This document shows positions 20,946-32,000 of a stretch of 32,000 nucleotides of DNA, one piece after another. Every line of letters starts with the position of its first letter. Positions within the stretch are counted from its first letter, which is position 1. The notes under the pieces are model-generated. The model was given only the letters and a program-made list of their open reading frames with translations, was not told where the DNA came from and did not search any database. Location: NCBI RefSeq assembly GCF_042660085.1, contig NZ_JBHSTI010000008.1, positions 1,509,876 to 1,541,875 on the forward strand. The letters are read 5' to 3'. The stretch comes from Longivirga aurantiaca (GTDB lineage Bacteria > Actinomycetota > Actinomycetes > S36-B12 > CAIYMF01). A program made the translations under genes and the position numbers.

Positions 20946-21570
20946 GGTCCACCTCCAACCGGGTACGGAGCCGGTCGAGGGACCGGCGTATGTGGGACTT
21001 GACGGTACCGAGCGGGAGGCTCAGCAGGCTTGAGATCTGGGCGTGCGTCAGGTCGTGGAAGAAGGCGAGCTCCATGATCCTGCGCTGCGGCTCACCGAGT
21101 CGAGCAAGCTCGTCGGCGAGGAGCACGCGGTCGGCCACACCTGACTCGGGCCCGCTCGCGGGGTGGAGGTCGGCCGTGGCGCCCACAGCCTCGACCGCCC
21201 GACGTTCGCGCGATCGTGCCTCCCACCGGTCCGCGATGCGGCGACGGGTGATGGTCACGAGCCAGCCCGGGAGCGTGCCCGCATCCGGGTCGAACCCGGC
21301 CTGGCCGCGCCACGCGGCCACGAACACCTGCTGGGTGACGTCGGCGGCGTCCTCGCTGTCGCCCGTCGAACGCAGGGCCATCGTGTGGACCAGGGACGAC
21401 CAGCGGCGGTAGGCCTCTTCGAGCGCCGTCGGGTCGCCGGCCGCGAACCGGTGGCCGAGCTCGACGACCTCCGGGTCGGGGCTGGGCCTCGAGCGCAGCC
21501 GTGGATCGGGGACCGCGCGGAGGTGGCCCACGGCGGCGACGGTCACGTCTGGCTCCTCGGGGCTCGGCAC
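20926..21570 (-). CDS. RNA polymerase ECF-type sigma factor (SigK/SigL-like; exact group not determined)
   Basis: Region 2 ([73 protein letters not shown]) and region 4 ([49 protein letters not shown]). Confidence 0.93.
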   Translation of the reverse strand: MPSPEEPDVTVAAVGHLRAVPDPRLRSRPSPDPEVVELGHRFAAGDPTALEEAYRRWSSLVHTMALRSTGDSEDAADVTQQVFVAAWRGQAGFDPDAGTLPGWLVTITRRRIADRWEARSRERRAVEAVGATADLHPASGPESGVADRVLLADELARLGEPQRRIMELAFFHDLTHAQISSLLSLPLGTVKSHIRRSLDRLRTRLEVDHVTGSA

Positions 21571-21632
21571 GGATGAAGGATCTCGCGGGCGCGCCGGGTC
21601 CGCAATTCCCGTTCCGTGCCCACAACCCCTCT

Positions 21633-21681
21633 ATCCGGCGTCGGCCCTCCGCCGGATGCAGCCGGAGGCGGATTCCTCCGG
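21633..21681 (-). terminator. Two consecutive hairpins between the ABC exporter operon 3' end and the sigma-factor gene
   Basis: atccggcg (21633-21640) / cgccggat (21650-21657), and ccggagg (21662-21668) / cctccgg (21675-21681). Both arms are exact; they directly abut the permease stop at 21683. Confidence 0.5.
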
Positions 21682-21682
21682 G

Positions 21683-22474
21683 CTAGTCCCAGCGGAAGGT
21701 GCGAGCCGTGGCCAGCCCGGCGGCGAGACCCCAGGCGGCGAGCACGAGGACCGGCTGCAGCGGCAGCCCCGCGCCGTCGAGGAGCACAGCGCGAAGCCCC
21801 TCGCCCAGCGCTCCCGGAGGCAGCCACTGCACGATGGCGGCCCAGGCGTCCGGCAGGCGCGTCACCGGCACCACGAGGCCGCCGACGGCGAGCATGACGA
21901 GGTACAGCCCGTTCGCGACCGCCAGCGTGCCCTCCGCGCGGAGCGTCCCCCCGAGCAGGAGCCCGAGGGCGGAGAACGTGGCCGTGCCGAGCAGCAGGAG
22001 CACGAGCGCCGCAGCGGGCGACCCGGCGGGGCGCCACCCGAGAGCGACGGCGACGGCGGCGATCAGCGCGATCTGCACGGCCTCCACCACGAGGACGCCC
22101 AGGGTCTTGGCCACGAGGAGGCCGGTGCGCCCGAGCGGCGTCGAGCCCAGCAGCCGGAGGACGCCGTACCGCCGCTCGAACCCGACCGCGATGGCCTGGC
22201 CAGTGAACGCCGTCGACACCACGGCCAGGGCGAGCACGCCCGGTGCCACGGCGTCGATCGCGGGGGAGTGCCCGACGAGGTCGACCGGCAGCCGGGAGAG
22301 CCCGACGAGCAGGGCGATCGGGATGGCCAGGGTGAGCAGCAGCTGCTCGCCGTTGCGCAGCGTGGAGCGCACCTCGAACGCCGCCTGGGCGACCACGACG
22401 CGGGCCGGCGGGGCCGCGCCCGGGTCCGGGGCCAGGGCGCCCGGCGCGCGGGTCCCGAATTGCTCGCTGCTCAC
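21683..22474 (-). CDS. ABC-2 type transporter permease
   Basis: GTG start overlaps the ATPase stop. VSSEQFGTRAPGALAPDP...VVVAQAAFEVRSTLRNGEQLLLTLAIPIALLVG.. with six hydrophobic segments ..GLVVPVTRLPDAWAAIVQWLPPGALGEGLRAVL. Confidence 0.9.
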   Translation of the reverse strand: MSSEQFGTRAPGALAPDPGAAPPARVVVAQAAFEVRSTLRNGEQLLLTLAIPIALLVGLSRLPVDLVGHSPAIDAVAPGVLALAVVSTAFTGQAIAVGFERRYGVLRLLGSTPLGRTGLLVAKTLGVLVVEAVQIALIAAVAVALGWRPAGSPAAALVLLLLGTATFSALGLLLGGTLRAEGTLAVANGLYLVMLAVGGLVVPVTRLPDAWAAIVQWLPPGALGEGLRAVLLDGAGLPLQPVLVLAAWGLAAGLATARTFRWD

Positions 22475-23409
22475 GCGCGCAGCTCCCGTCCGGTGAGCTC
22501 GAGGAAGACGTCCTCGAGCGACCGTCGTCCGCTGGAGATCCCGTGCGGGCTCGTGCCGTTCTCGGCGCACCAGGCGCTGACCGCCGAGAGCACCTCGGGC
22601 CCGAGCGGCGCCTCCACGCGGTACGAGCCGGCGGGGGACTCGGTCACGAGCGCGCCCAGCGGGAGCTCTGCCGCCAGCGCCCCCACGTCCAGGCCGGCCG
22701 TGGCTCGGAAGGTGAGCACCTCGGCGTCGCCGGTGAGCTGGGCCGGGCTCCCGGCGGCCACGACCCGTCCGCGATCGATCACCACGACGTGGTCGGCGAG
22801 GCGCTCGGCCTCGTCGAGGAGGTGCGTGGTGAGCACCACGGTCACGCCGTCCGCCCTCAGCTGCTCGACGAGCTCCCACGACGTGATCCGTGCCTGCGGG
22901 TCCATCCCCGCGCTCGGCTCGTCCAGGAACACGAGGTCGGGACGCCCCACCAGCGCGCACGCCAGGGCGAGCCGCTGCTTCTCCCCGCCGGACATCCGGC
23001 GGTACGTCGCCCGCACCTGCTGGAGGCCGAGCCGCTCGGCGAGGTCGTCGACGTCCAGAGGGCGGGCGTAGAACGACGCCAGGTGGCGCAGCACGGGGAG
23101 CGCGCGCGACGAGGCGTAGATGCCGCCGCTCTGCAGCATCACCCCGACCCGTGGGCGCAGGGCCGCCGCGTCCCTCACCGGGTCGAGGCCCCAGACGCGG
23201 ACCGAGCCGGAGTCCGGCCGGCGGTATCCCTCGCAGACCTCGACGGTGCTGGTCTTGCCCGCGCCGTTCGGGCCGAGGATCGCCGTCACCGAGCCCGCAG
23301 CAACGCTGAAGGTGATGCCGTCCAGGGCGCGGGTGGGGCCGTAGCTGAGGGCGAGGGAGTCGATCACGACGGCGTCGGCGGTGCCGGTCGATCCGTCGGA
23401 CGAGGTCAC
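22471..23409 (-). CDS. ABC transporter ATP-binding protein (drug/heme-exporter-like)
   Basis: Walker A AILGPNGAGKTSTVEV, signature RMSGGEKQRLALACAL, Walker B DLVFLDEPSAGMDPQAR, H-loop VVLTTHLLDEAERLADHVVV. Confidence 0.95.
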   Translation of the reverse strand: MTSSDGSTGTADAVVIDSLALSYGPTRALDGITFSVAAGSVTAILGPNGAGKTSTVEVCEGYRRPDSGSVRVWGLDPVRDAAALRPRVGVMLQSGGIYASSRALPVLRHLASFYARPLDVDDLAERLGLQQVRATYRRMSGGEKQRLALACALVGRPDLVFLDEPSAGMDPQARITSWELVEQLRADGVTVVLTTHLLDEAERLADHVVVIDRGRVVAAGSPAQLTGDAEVLTFRATAGLDVGALAAELPLGALVTESPAGSYRVEAPLGPEVLSAVSAWCAENGTSPHGISSGRRSLEDVFLELTGRELRA

Positions 23410-23470
23410 CCGGCGAGCATAGGCAGCGCCGCGCAGGGCCGCCGGACCGGGATCCGGACGCAGAACCGCA

Positions 23471-23491
23471 CCCCGGGCTCGCGGCCCGGGG
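23471..23491. promoter_or_regulatory. Hairpin in the divergent ABC-exporter / sufR promoter region
   Basis: Perfect 8-bp stem ccccgggc / gcccgggg with 5-nt loop tcgcg. Confidence 0.4.
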
Positions 23492-23500
23492 GCAATTAGG

Positions 23501-23514
23501 CAACAATGACGTTG
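23501..23514. promoter_or_regulatory. Candidate SufR operator CAAC-N6-GTTG
   Basis: Sequence caacaatgacgttg. As I recall, Streptomyces SufR binds a CAAC-N6-GTTG palindrome in the sufR promoter. Here the last G is also the first base of the sufR GTG start. Confidence 0.72.
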
Positions 23515-24230
23515 TGAAATCGACCGCCGCCCCGACGGGTGCGCCCGTCCGTGTCGCGCGGACCCTGCTCGAAGGGGGCCCGCAGACCGCTGCCGCCCTC
23601 GCCGAGCGGCTCGGTCTCACCACCACCGCGGTCCGGCGGCACCTCGACTCCTTGCTCGACGCGGGCCATGTCGAGGCCACCGAGCGCGCGCCGTACGGCC
23701 CCGGCGCGGTCTCGACCAGCCGCGGGCGCGGCCGCCCGGCCAAGGTCTTCAGCCTGACCGCCGAGGGCCGCGAGGCGTTCGAGCAGTCGTACGACGACCT
23801 CGCCGTCGACGCCCTGCGCTACCTCGCCGAGACCGGGGGAGCCGACGCCGTCGAGGGCTTCGCCCGCCACCGGGTCGCGGGGCTCGAGCGCCGCTACGCG
23901 TCCGCGCTGCAGGACTCCTGCGCCAGCGAGCGCCCCGAGGTGCTCGTCGAGCTCCTGTCCCGCGACGGCTACGCCGCCACGGTCGTGGAGAACGAGACCG
24001 GCTACGCCGTGCAGATCTGCCAGCACCACTGCCCGGTGGGCCACGTGGCCGCCGAGTTCCCCGCCCTGTGCGAGGCCGAGACCGAGGCGTTCTCGCGCCT
24101 GCTCGGCACGCACGTCACCCGACTCGCGACCCTCGCCCACGGCGACGGCGTGTGCACCACCCTCGTCCCGCGCCAGCCGGCGTCGGACGTGCCGAACACC
24201 ACCCGCGCCACCACGGAGGTCAGCTCATGA
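23514..24230 (+). CDS. sufR: SufR-type Fe-S-sensing winged-helix repressor of the suf operon
   Basis: [31 protein letters not shown]; Fe-S ligand region [38 protein letters not shown]; immediately upstream of and overlapping sufB. Confidence 0.92.
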   Translation: MKSTAAPTGAPVRVARTLLEGGPQTAAALAERLGLTTTAVRRHLDSLLDAGHVEATERAPYGPGAVSTSRGRGRPAKVFSLTAEGREAFEQSYDDLAVDALRYLAETGGADAVEGFARHRVAGLERRYASALQDSCASERPEVLVELLSRDGYAATVVENETGYAVQICQHHCPVGHVAAEFPALCEAETEAFSRLLGTHVTRLATLAHGDGVCTTLVPRQPASDVPNTTRATTEVSS

Positions 24231-25639
24231 CGACCGAGACCCACGACGATCTCGAAGGAATCGGCCGGTACGACTTCGGCTGGGCCGACAAGGACGTGGC
24301 CGGCGCGAACGCGCGGCGCGGCCTCAACGAGGACGTCGTCCGTGACATCAGCGGGCGCAAGAACGAGCCCGAGTGGATGCTGCAGATGCGCCTGAAGGCG
24401 CTGCGCATGTTCGAGAAGAAGCCCATGCCGGGCTGGGGATCGGACCTGTCGGGCATCGACTTCGACAACATCAAGTACTTCGTGAAGTCCACCGAGAAGC
24501 AGGCCGCCTCGTGGGAGGAGCTGCCGGAGGACATCAAGAACACCTACGACCGTCTGGGCATCCCCGAGGCCGAGAAGCAGCGCCTCGTCTCCGGCGTCGC
24601 CGCGCAGTACGAGTCCGAGGTCGTCTATCACAAGATCCGCGAGGACCTCGAGGAGCAGGGCGTCATCTTCCTCGACACCGACTCCGGCCTGCGCGAGCAC
24701 GAGGACACGTTCAAGGAGTACTTCGGCTCCGTGATCCCGAGCGGCGACAACAAGTTCTCCGCGCTCAACACCGCGGTGTGGTCCGGCGGCTCGTTCATCT
24801 ACGTGCCCAAGGGCGTCCACGTGGACATCCCGCTGCAGGCGTACTTCCGGATCAACACCGAGAACATGGGCCAGTTCGAGCGCACCCTGATCATCGTCGA
24901 CGAGGGCGCGTACGTGCACTACGTCGAGGGCTGCACCGCGCCGATCTACTCCAGCGACTCCCTGCACTCGGCCGTCGTCGAGATCATCGTGAAGAAGGGC
25001 GCCCGTTGCCGCTACACGACGATCCAGAACTGGTCGAACAACGTCTACAACCTCGTCACCAAGCGCGCCGTCGCCCAGGAGGGCGCCACGATGGAGTGGA
25101 TCGACGGCAACATCGGGTCGAAGGTCACCATGAAGTACCCGGCCGTCTGGATGGTCGGCCCCCACGCCAAGGGCGAGACGCTGTCGATCGCGTTCGCGGG
25201 CGAGGGCCAGCACCAGGACGCCGGCTCGAAGATGGTGCACGCGGCGCCGCACACGTCCTCGACGATCATCTCCAAGTCGGTCGCACGGGGCGGTGGCCGC
25301 ACGTCGTACCGCGGCCTCGTCCAGGTGCTCGAGGACGCCCACGGCTCCAAGAGCACGGTGAAGTGCGACGCGCTGCTCGTCGACGACATCAGCCGCTCGG
25401 ACACCTACCCGTACGTCGATGTCCGCACCGACGACGCGTCGATGGGGCACGAGGCCACGGTCTCCAAGGTCAGCGAGGACCAGCTCTTCTACCTGATGTC
25501 GCGCGGTATGTCGGAGGACGAGGCGATGGCGATGATCGTCCGCGGCTTCGTCGAGCCGATCGCCCGCGAGCTGCCCATGGAGTACGCGCTCGAGCTCAAC
25601 CGGCTCATCGAGCTTCAGATGGAAGGAGCTGTCGGCTGA
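24227..25639 (+). CDS. sufB: Fe-S cluster assembly protein SufB
   Basis: [110 protein letters not shown]. No intein interruption. Confidence 0.98.
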   Translation: MTTETHDDLEGIGRYDFGWADKDVAGANARRGLNEDVVRDISGRKNEPEWMLQMRLKALRMFEKKPMPGWGSDLSGIDFDNIKYFVKSTEKQAASWEELPEDIKNTYDRLGIPEAEKQRLVSGVAAQYESEVVYHKIREDLEEQGVIFLDTDSGLREHEDTFKEYFGSVIPSGDNKFSALNTAVWSGGSFIYVPKGVHVDIPLQAYFRINTENMGQFERTLIIVDEGAYVHYVEGCTAPIYSSDSLHSAVVEIIVKKGARCRYTTIQNWSNNVYNLVTKRAVAQEGATMEWIDGNIGSKVTMKYPAVWMVGPHAKGETLSIAFAGEGQHQDAGSKMVHAAPHTSSTIISKSVARGGGRTSYRGLVQVLEDAHGSKSTVKCDALLVDDISRSDTYPYVDVRTDDASMGHEATVSKVSEDQLFYLMSRGMSEDEAMAMIVRGFVEPIARELPMEYALELNRLIELQMEGAVG

Positions 25640-25640
25640 C

Positions 25641-26810
25641 ATGAGCATGGCCACTGTCACCGACACCGGCACCGCCGCCGGTCACGTCTCGAGCGCCGTG
25701 GAGGGCTCCGCCCTCACGGGCCGCGAGGAGGCCTGGCGGTTCACCCCGCTCGCCCGCCTCCGTGGTCTGCACGCGTCGATCGAGGCACCCGTCGCCCCCG
25801 GCATCGAGGTCGACGCAGCACCCGAGGCCAGGCACGAGGTCGTGCCCACGTCGTCGCTCCCCGCGCCCGTGGGCCCGGTCGAGGGTCCGGCTGCGCTCGC
25901 GCGCGCCGCGACCACCGAGTCCGTGGTGCTCACGTTCCCGAAGGAGTCGGTCGCCAGCCGCCCGACCCTCGTGCGCGTCACCGGCTCCGGCACCGACTCG
26001 TCGTCGGTCGCGCACCTCGTGATCCGCGCGGAGGCGTTCGCCCAGGCGGTCGTCGTCGTGCAGTACTCCGGGTCGGCGTCCTACTCCGACAACGTGGAGG
26101 TCGAGCTGGGCGACGGCGCGCAGCTCACCCTCGTATCGATGCAGGAGTGGGCGGACGACACCGTCCACCTCGGCCGCCAGCACTCGGTCGTGGGGCGCAA
26201 CGCGCGCCTGCGATCGTTCATCGCGACGTTCGGCGGCGAGACCGTGCGCCTCGTGCCGACGGTCGAGTACGCCGGCCCCGGGGGCTCGGCCGAGCTGTTC
26301 GGCATCTACTTCGCCGACGCCGGCCAGCACCTCGAGCACCGGTCGCTCATCGACCACGCGGTGCCGCACTGCACGTCCGACGTCCTGTTCAAGGGCGCCC
26401 TGAAGGGCGACCCGACGGCGGGGGAGGCCGGCATCGCGCGCAGCGTGTGGGTCGGCGATGTCATCATCCGCGCTGCGGCCGTCGGCACCGACACGTACGA
26501 GCTCAACCGCAACCTGGTCCTCACCGACGCCGCCCGCGCGGACTCGGTGCCCAACCTCGAGATCGAGACCGGCGAGATCGTCGGTGCCGGTCACGCGAGC
26601 GCCACCGGCCGGTTCGACGACGAGCAGCTGTTCTACCTGCAGGCGCGCGGCATCCCCGCCGACGTCGCCACGCAGCTCGTCGTCCGCGGCTTCTTCGCCG
26701 ACGTCATCGCACGCCTGGGCCTGCCGGAGTGGGAGCAGCACCTGCTCGACCGCATCGACAACGAGCTCGGTTTCGTGGCGGGCGGCGACTCCGAGGAGGA
26801 CGGCCAGTGA
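25641..26810 (+). CDS. sufD: Fe-S cluster assembly protein SufD
   Basis: RHSVVGRNARLRSFIATFGGETVRLVPTVEYAGPGGSAELFGIYFADAGQHLEHRSLIDHAVPHCTSDVLFKGAL..NLVLTDAARADSVPNLEIETGEIVGAGHASATGRFDDEQLFYLQARGI. Confidence 0.97.
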   Translation: MSMATVTDTGTAAGHVSSAVEGSALTGREEAWRFTPLARLRGLHASIEAPVAPGIEVDAAPEARHEVVPTSSLPAPVGPVEGPAALARAATTESVVLTFPKESVASRPTLVRVTGSGTDSSSVAHLVIRAEAFAQAVVVVQYSGSASYSDNVEVELGDGAQLTLVSMQEWADDTVHLGRQHSVVGRNARLRSFIATFGGETVRLVPTVEYAGPGGSAELFGIYFADAGQHLEHRSLIDHAVPHCTSDVLFKGALKGDPTAGEAGIARSVWVGDVIIRAAAVGTDTYELNRNLVLTDAARADSVPNLEIETGEIVGAGHASATGRFDDEQLFYLQARGIPADVATQLVVRGFFADVIARLGLPEWEQHLLDRIDNELGFVAGGDSEEDGQ

Positions 26811-27142
26811 GCGCGGTCGAGGTCTGCAAGCTCGTCGACGTACCCGCCGTGGGTGCGCTCGCCGTCGTCGTCGACGGCAACCCGGTGGCCGTCGTACGCG
26901 ACGAGGCCGGCAATCTGCACGCGATCCGCGACATCTGCTCGCACGCCGACGTCGCCCTCTCCGAGGGCGAGGTCGACGGCTGCACGATCGAGTGCTGGCT
27001 GCACGGCTCGCGCTTCGACCTGCGCACCGGCAAGCCGACCGGACCGCCCGCCGTCACCGCCGTGCCCGTCTACCGCATCAGCGTGGAGGGCACCGGCGAC
27101 GACGCCGTCGTGCTCGTCGACATCGCTGCCCGCCCCCTCTGA
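26807..27142 (+). CDS. Rieske-type non-heme-iron oxygenase ferredoxin subunit encoded in the suf operon
   Basis: GTG 26807 overlaps the sufD stop. Rieske ligands ICSHADVALSEGEVDGCTIECWLHGSRFDLRTGKPTGPPA. Confidence 0.93.
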   Translation: MSAVEVCKLVDVPAVGALAVVVDGNPVAVVRDEAGNLHAIRDICSHADVALSEGEVDGCTIECWLHGSRFDLRTGKPTGPPAVTAVPVYRISVEGTGDDAVVLVDIAARPL

Positions 27143-27171
27143 CCCCGCACCGCCAGGCCCCAGGAGAAACC

Positions 27172-29275
<2,104 letters not shown>

Positions 29276-29276
<1 letters not shown>

Positions 29277-29731
29277 TGGACCTCGAGAACCTGTACCAGG
29301 AGATCATCCTCGACCACTACAAGCACCCCCGCGGCAAGGGGTTGCGCGACCCGTACCAGGCCGAGGTGCACCACGTGAACCCGACCTGCGGGGACGAGAT
29401 CACGCTGCGGGTGGAGGTCGAGGGCGGTGTGGTCACCGACGTCTCGTACGACGGCATGGGCTGCTCGATCTCGCAGGCCTCGGCCAGCGTGCTCTTCGAG
29501 CAGCTGGTGGGTCAGACGGTCGAGAGCGGGCTCGCGACGACCGACGAGTTCCTCACGCTCATGCAGGGCCGCGGGCAGGTCGAGCCCGACGAGGACGTGC
29601 TCGGGGACGCGATCGCGTTCGCGGGCGTGGCGAAGTACCCGGCACGCGTGAAATGCGCGCTGCTGTCGTGGATGGCATGGAAAGACGCGGTCTCCCAGGC
29701 CGTGGTGGCGACGACGAAGGAGTCCTCATGA
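29276..29731 (+). CDS. sufU: Fe-S cluster assembly / sulfur-acceptor protein SufU
   Basis: MDLENLYQEIILDHYKHPRGKGL..HHVNPTCGDEITLRVEV..VSYDGMGCSISQASASVLFEQLVG..PARVKCALLSWMAWKDAV. Confidence 0.97.
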
Positions 29732-30075
29732 CCGAGACCAGCGCACCCATCGCGGGCGGTGACGGCATCACGCCCGACGACGAGGTGATCGAGGCCCTCA
29801 AGGACGTCGTCGACCCCGAGCTCGGGATCAACGTCGTCGACCTCGGCCTCGTATACGGCGTCCAGGTGGACGACTCGAACATCGCCACGATCGACCTCAC
29901 GCTGACCTCGGCGGCCTGCCCGCTGACCGACGTCATCGAGGACCAGACGCGTGCGGCGCTCGACGGCATCGTGGCCGACTACCGCATCAACTGGGTCTGG
30001 ATGCCGCCGTGGGGCCCCGACAAGATCACCGACGACGGCCGCGAGATGCTCCGCGCCCTCGGCTTCAACCTGTAG
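29728..30075 (+). CDS. sufT: MIP18 / DUF59 family Fe-S assembly factor (SufT-like)
   Basis: VIEALKDVVDPELGINVVDLGLVYGVQVDDSNIATIDLTLTSAACPLTDVIEDQTRAAL..VWMPPWGPDKITDDGREMLRALGF. Start overlaps the sufU stop. Confidence 0.92.
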   Translation: MTETSAPIAGGDGITPDDEVIEALKDVVDPELGINVVDLGLVYGVQVDDSNIATIDLTLTSAACPLTDVIEDQTRAALDGIVADYRINWVWMPPWGPDKITDDGREMLRALGFNL

Positions 30076-30084
30076 CAGCGCCCC

Positions 30085-30116
30085 GACGCCCCTCGGCCGT
30101 GTGGTCGGGGGGCGTC
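30085..30116 (+). terminator. Hairpin terminator at the end of the suf operon
   Basis: Perfect 8-bp outer stem gacgcccc (30085-30092) / ggggcgtc (30109-30116); the inner arms tcggcc-gtgt-ggtcgg can pair further. Confidence 0.7.
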
Positions 30117-30127
30117 CGCGCGCCAAC

Positions 30128-30133
30128 TAGAAT
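30128..30133 (+). promoter_or_regulatory. Candidate -10 element (TAGAAT) for the ABC-F gene, compatible with a leaderless mRNA
   Basis: ctagaatcctgttcttGTG: TAGAAT ends 9 nt before the GTG start at 30143. Confidence 0.5.
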
Positions 30134-30142
30134 CCTGTTCTT

Positions 30143-31747
<1,605 letters not shown>

Positions 31748-31819
31748 TCCACGACGGGCCTGGTGGCAGCGAACCTCGGCCGGGGTACCGTTGATCAAAC
31801 CCGGCACCAGGAGGCAGCG

Positions 31820-32000
31820 GTGGCAGATCTCGGCAAGGGTCGACGCGTCCAGGGCGGCGAGCGCGACAAGCTCAGCCACGACCTCAAGAAGAAGTACGTC
31901 GCCGGCGCCAGCATCCGCGAGCTCGCCGAGTCCACCGGCCGCTCCTACGGCTTCGTGCACCGGCTGCTGACGGAGTCGGGCGTGACGCTGCGCGGCCGCG
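31820..32000 (+). CDS. Small helix-turn-helix domain protein (truncated by the window end)
   Basis: GTG 31820 after caggagg. My translation VADLGKGRRVQGGERDKLSHDLKKKYVAGASIRELAESTGRSYGFVHRLLTESGVTLRGR.. reads as an HTH and stays open to 32000. Not in the supplied ORF track. Confidence 0.75.
   Translation, partial: MADLGKGRRVQGGERDKLSHDLKKKYVAGASIRELAESTGRSYGFVHRLLTESGVTLRGR

Noticed and set aside
24002-25672. 556-aa minus-strand ORF opposite sufB
   Set aside because: Shadow ORF of the highly conserved sufB coding strand.

Overview
High-GC actinobacterial core-chromosome window, probably Cellulomonadaceae-like or a related micrococcalean (inference from gene content only). Going left to right it holds: the 3' end of uvrA; a Tat/lipobox Rieske protein; uvrC; a convergent small membrane-protein ORF; rapZ, yvcK-like and whiA; gap, pgk, tpiA and secG; rbpA; and, on the minus strand, tkt, tal, zwf, opcA and pgl. 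These are followed by ctaB, an ATP-grasp protein of unknown role, ctaA (minus), an ECF sigma factor with a RskA-like zinc anti-sigma (minus), an ABC-2 type exporter (minus), a complete sufR-B-D-(Rieske ferredoxin)-C-S-U-T cluster, an ABC-F ATPase, and the start of a small helix-turn-helix protein. I found no CRISPR array, tRNA, rRNA, phage or transposase gene, and no convincing new multi-gene system. The items most worth checking are non-coding: a 62-nt element with perfect 14-bp inverted ends between rbpA and pgl (10386-10447), a CAAC-N6-GTTG operator that overlaps the sufR start codon (23501-23514), stacked palindromes in the whiA-gap intergenic region (6397-6443), and several perfect hairpins between operons. 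Two coding oddities are a Lys/Ala/Pro histone-like tail on OpcA built from tandem DNA repeats, and a 7x Gly-Ser hexamer repeat in the Rieske lipoprotein. Most long ORFs in the supplied track are antisense or shadow frames caused by the high GC content.
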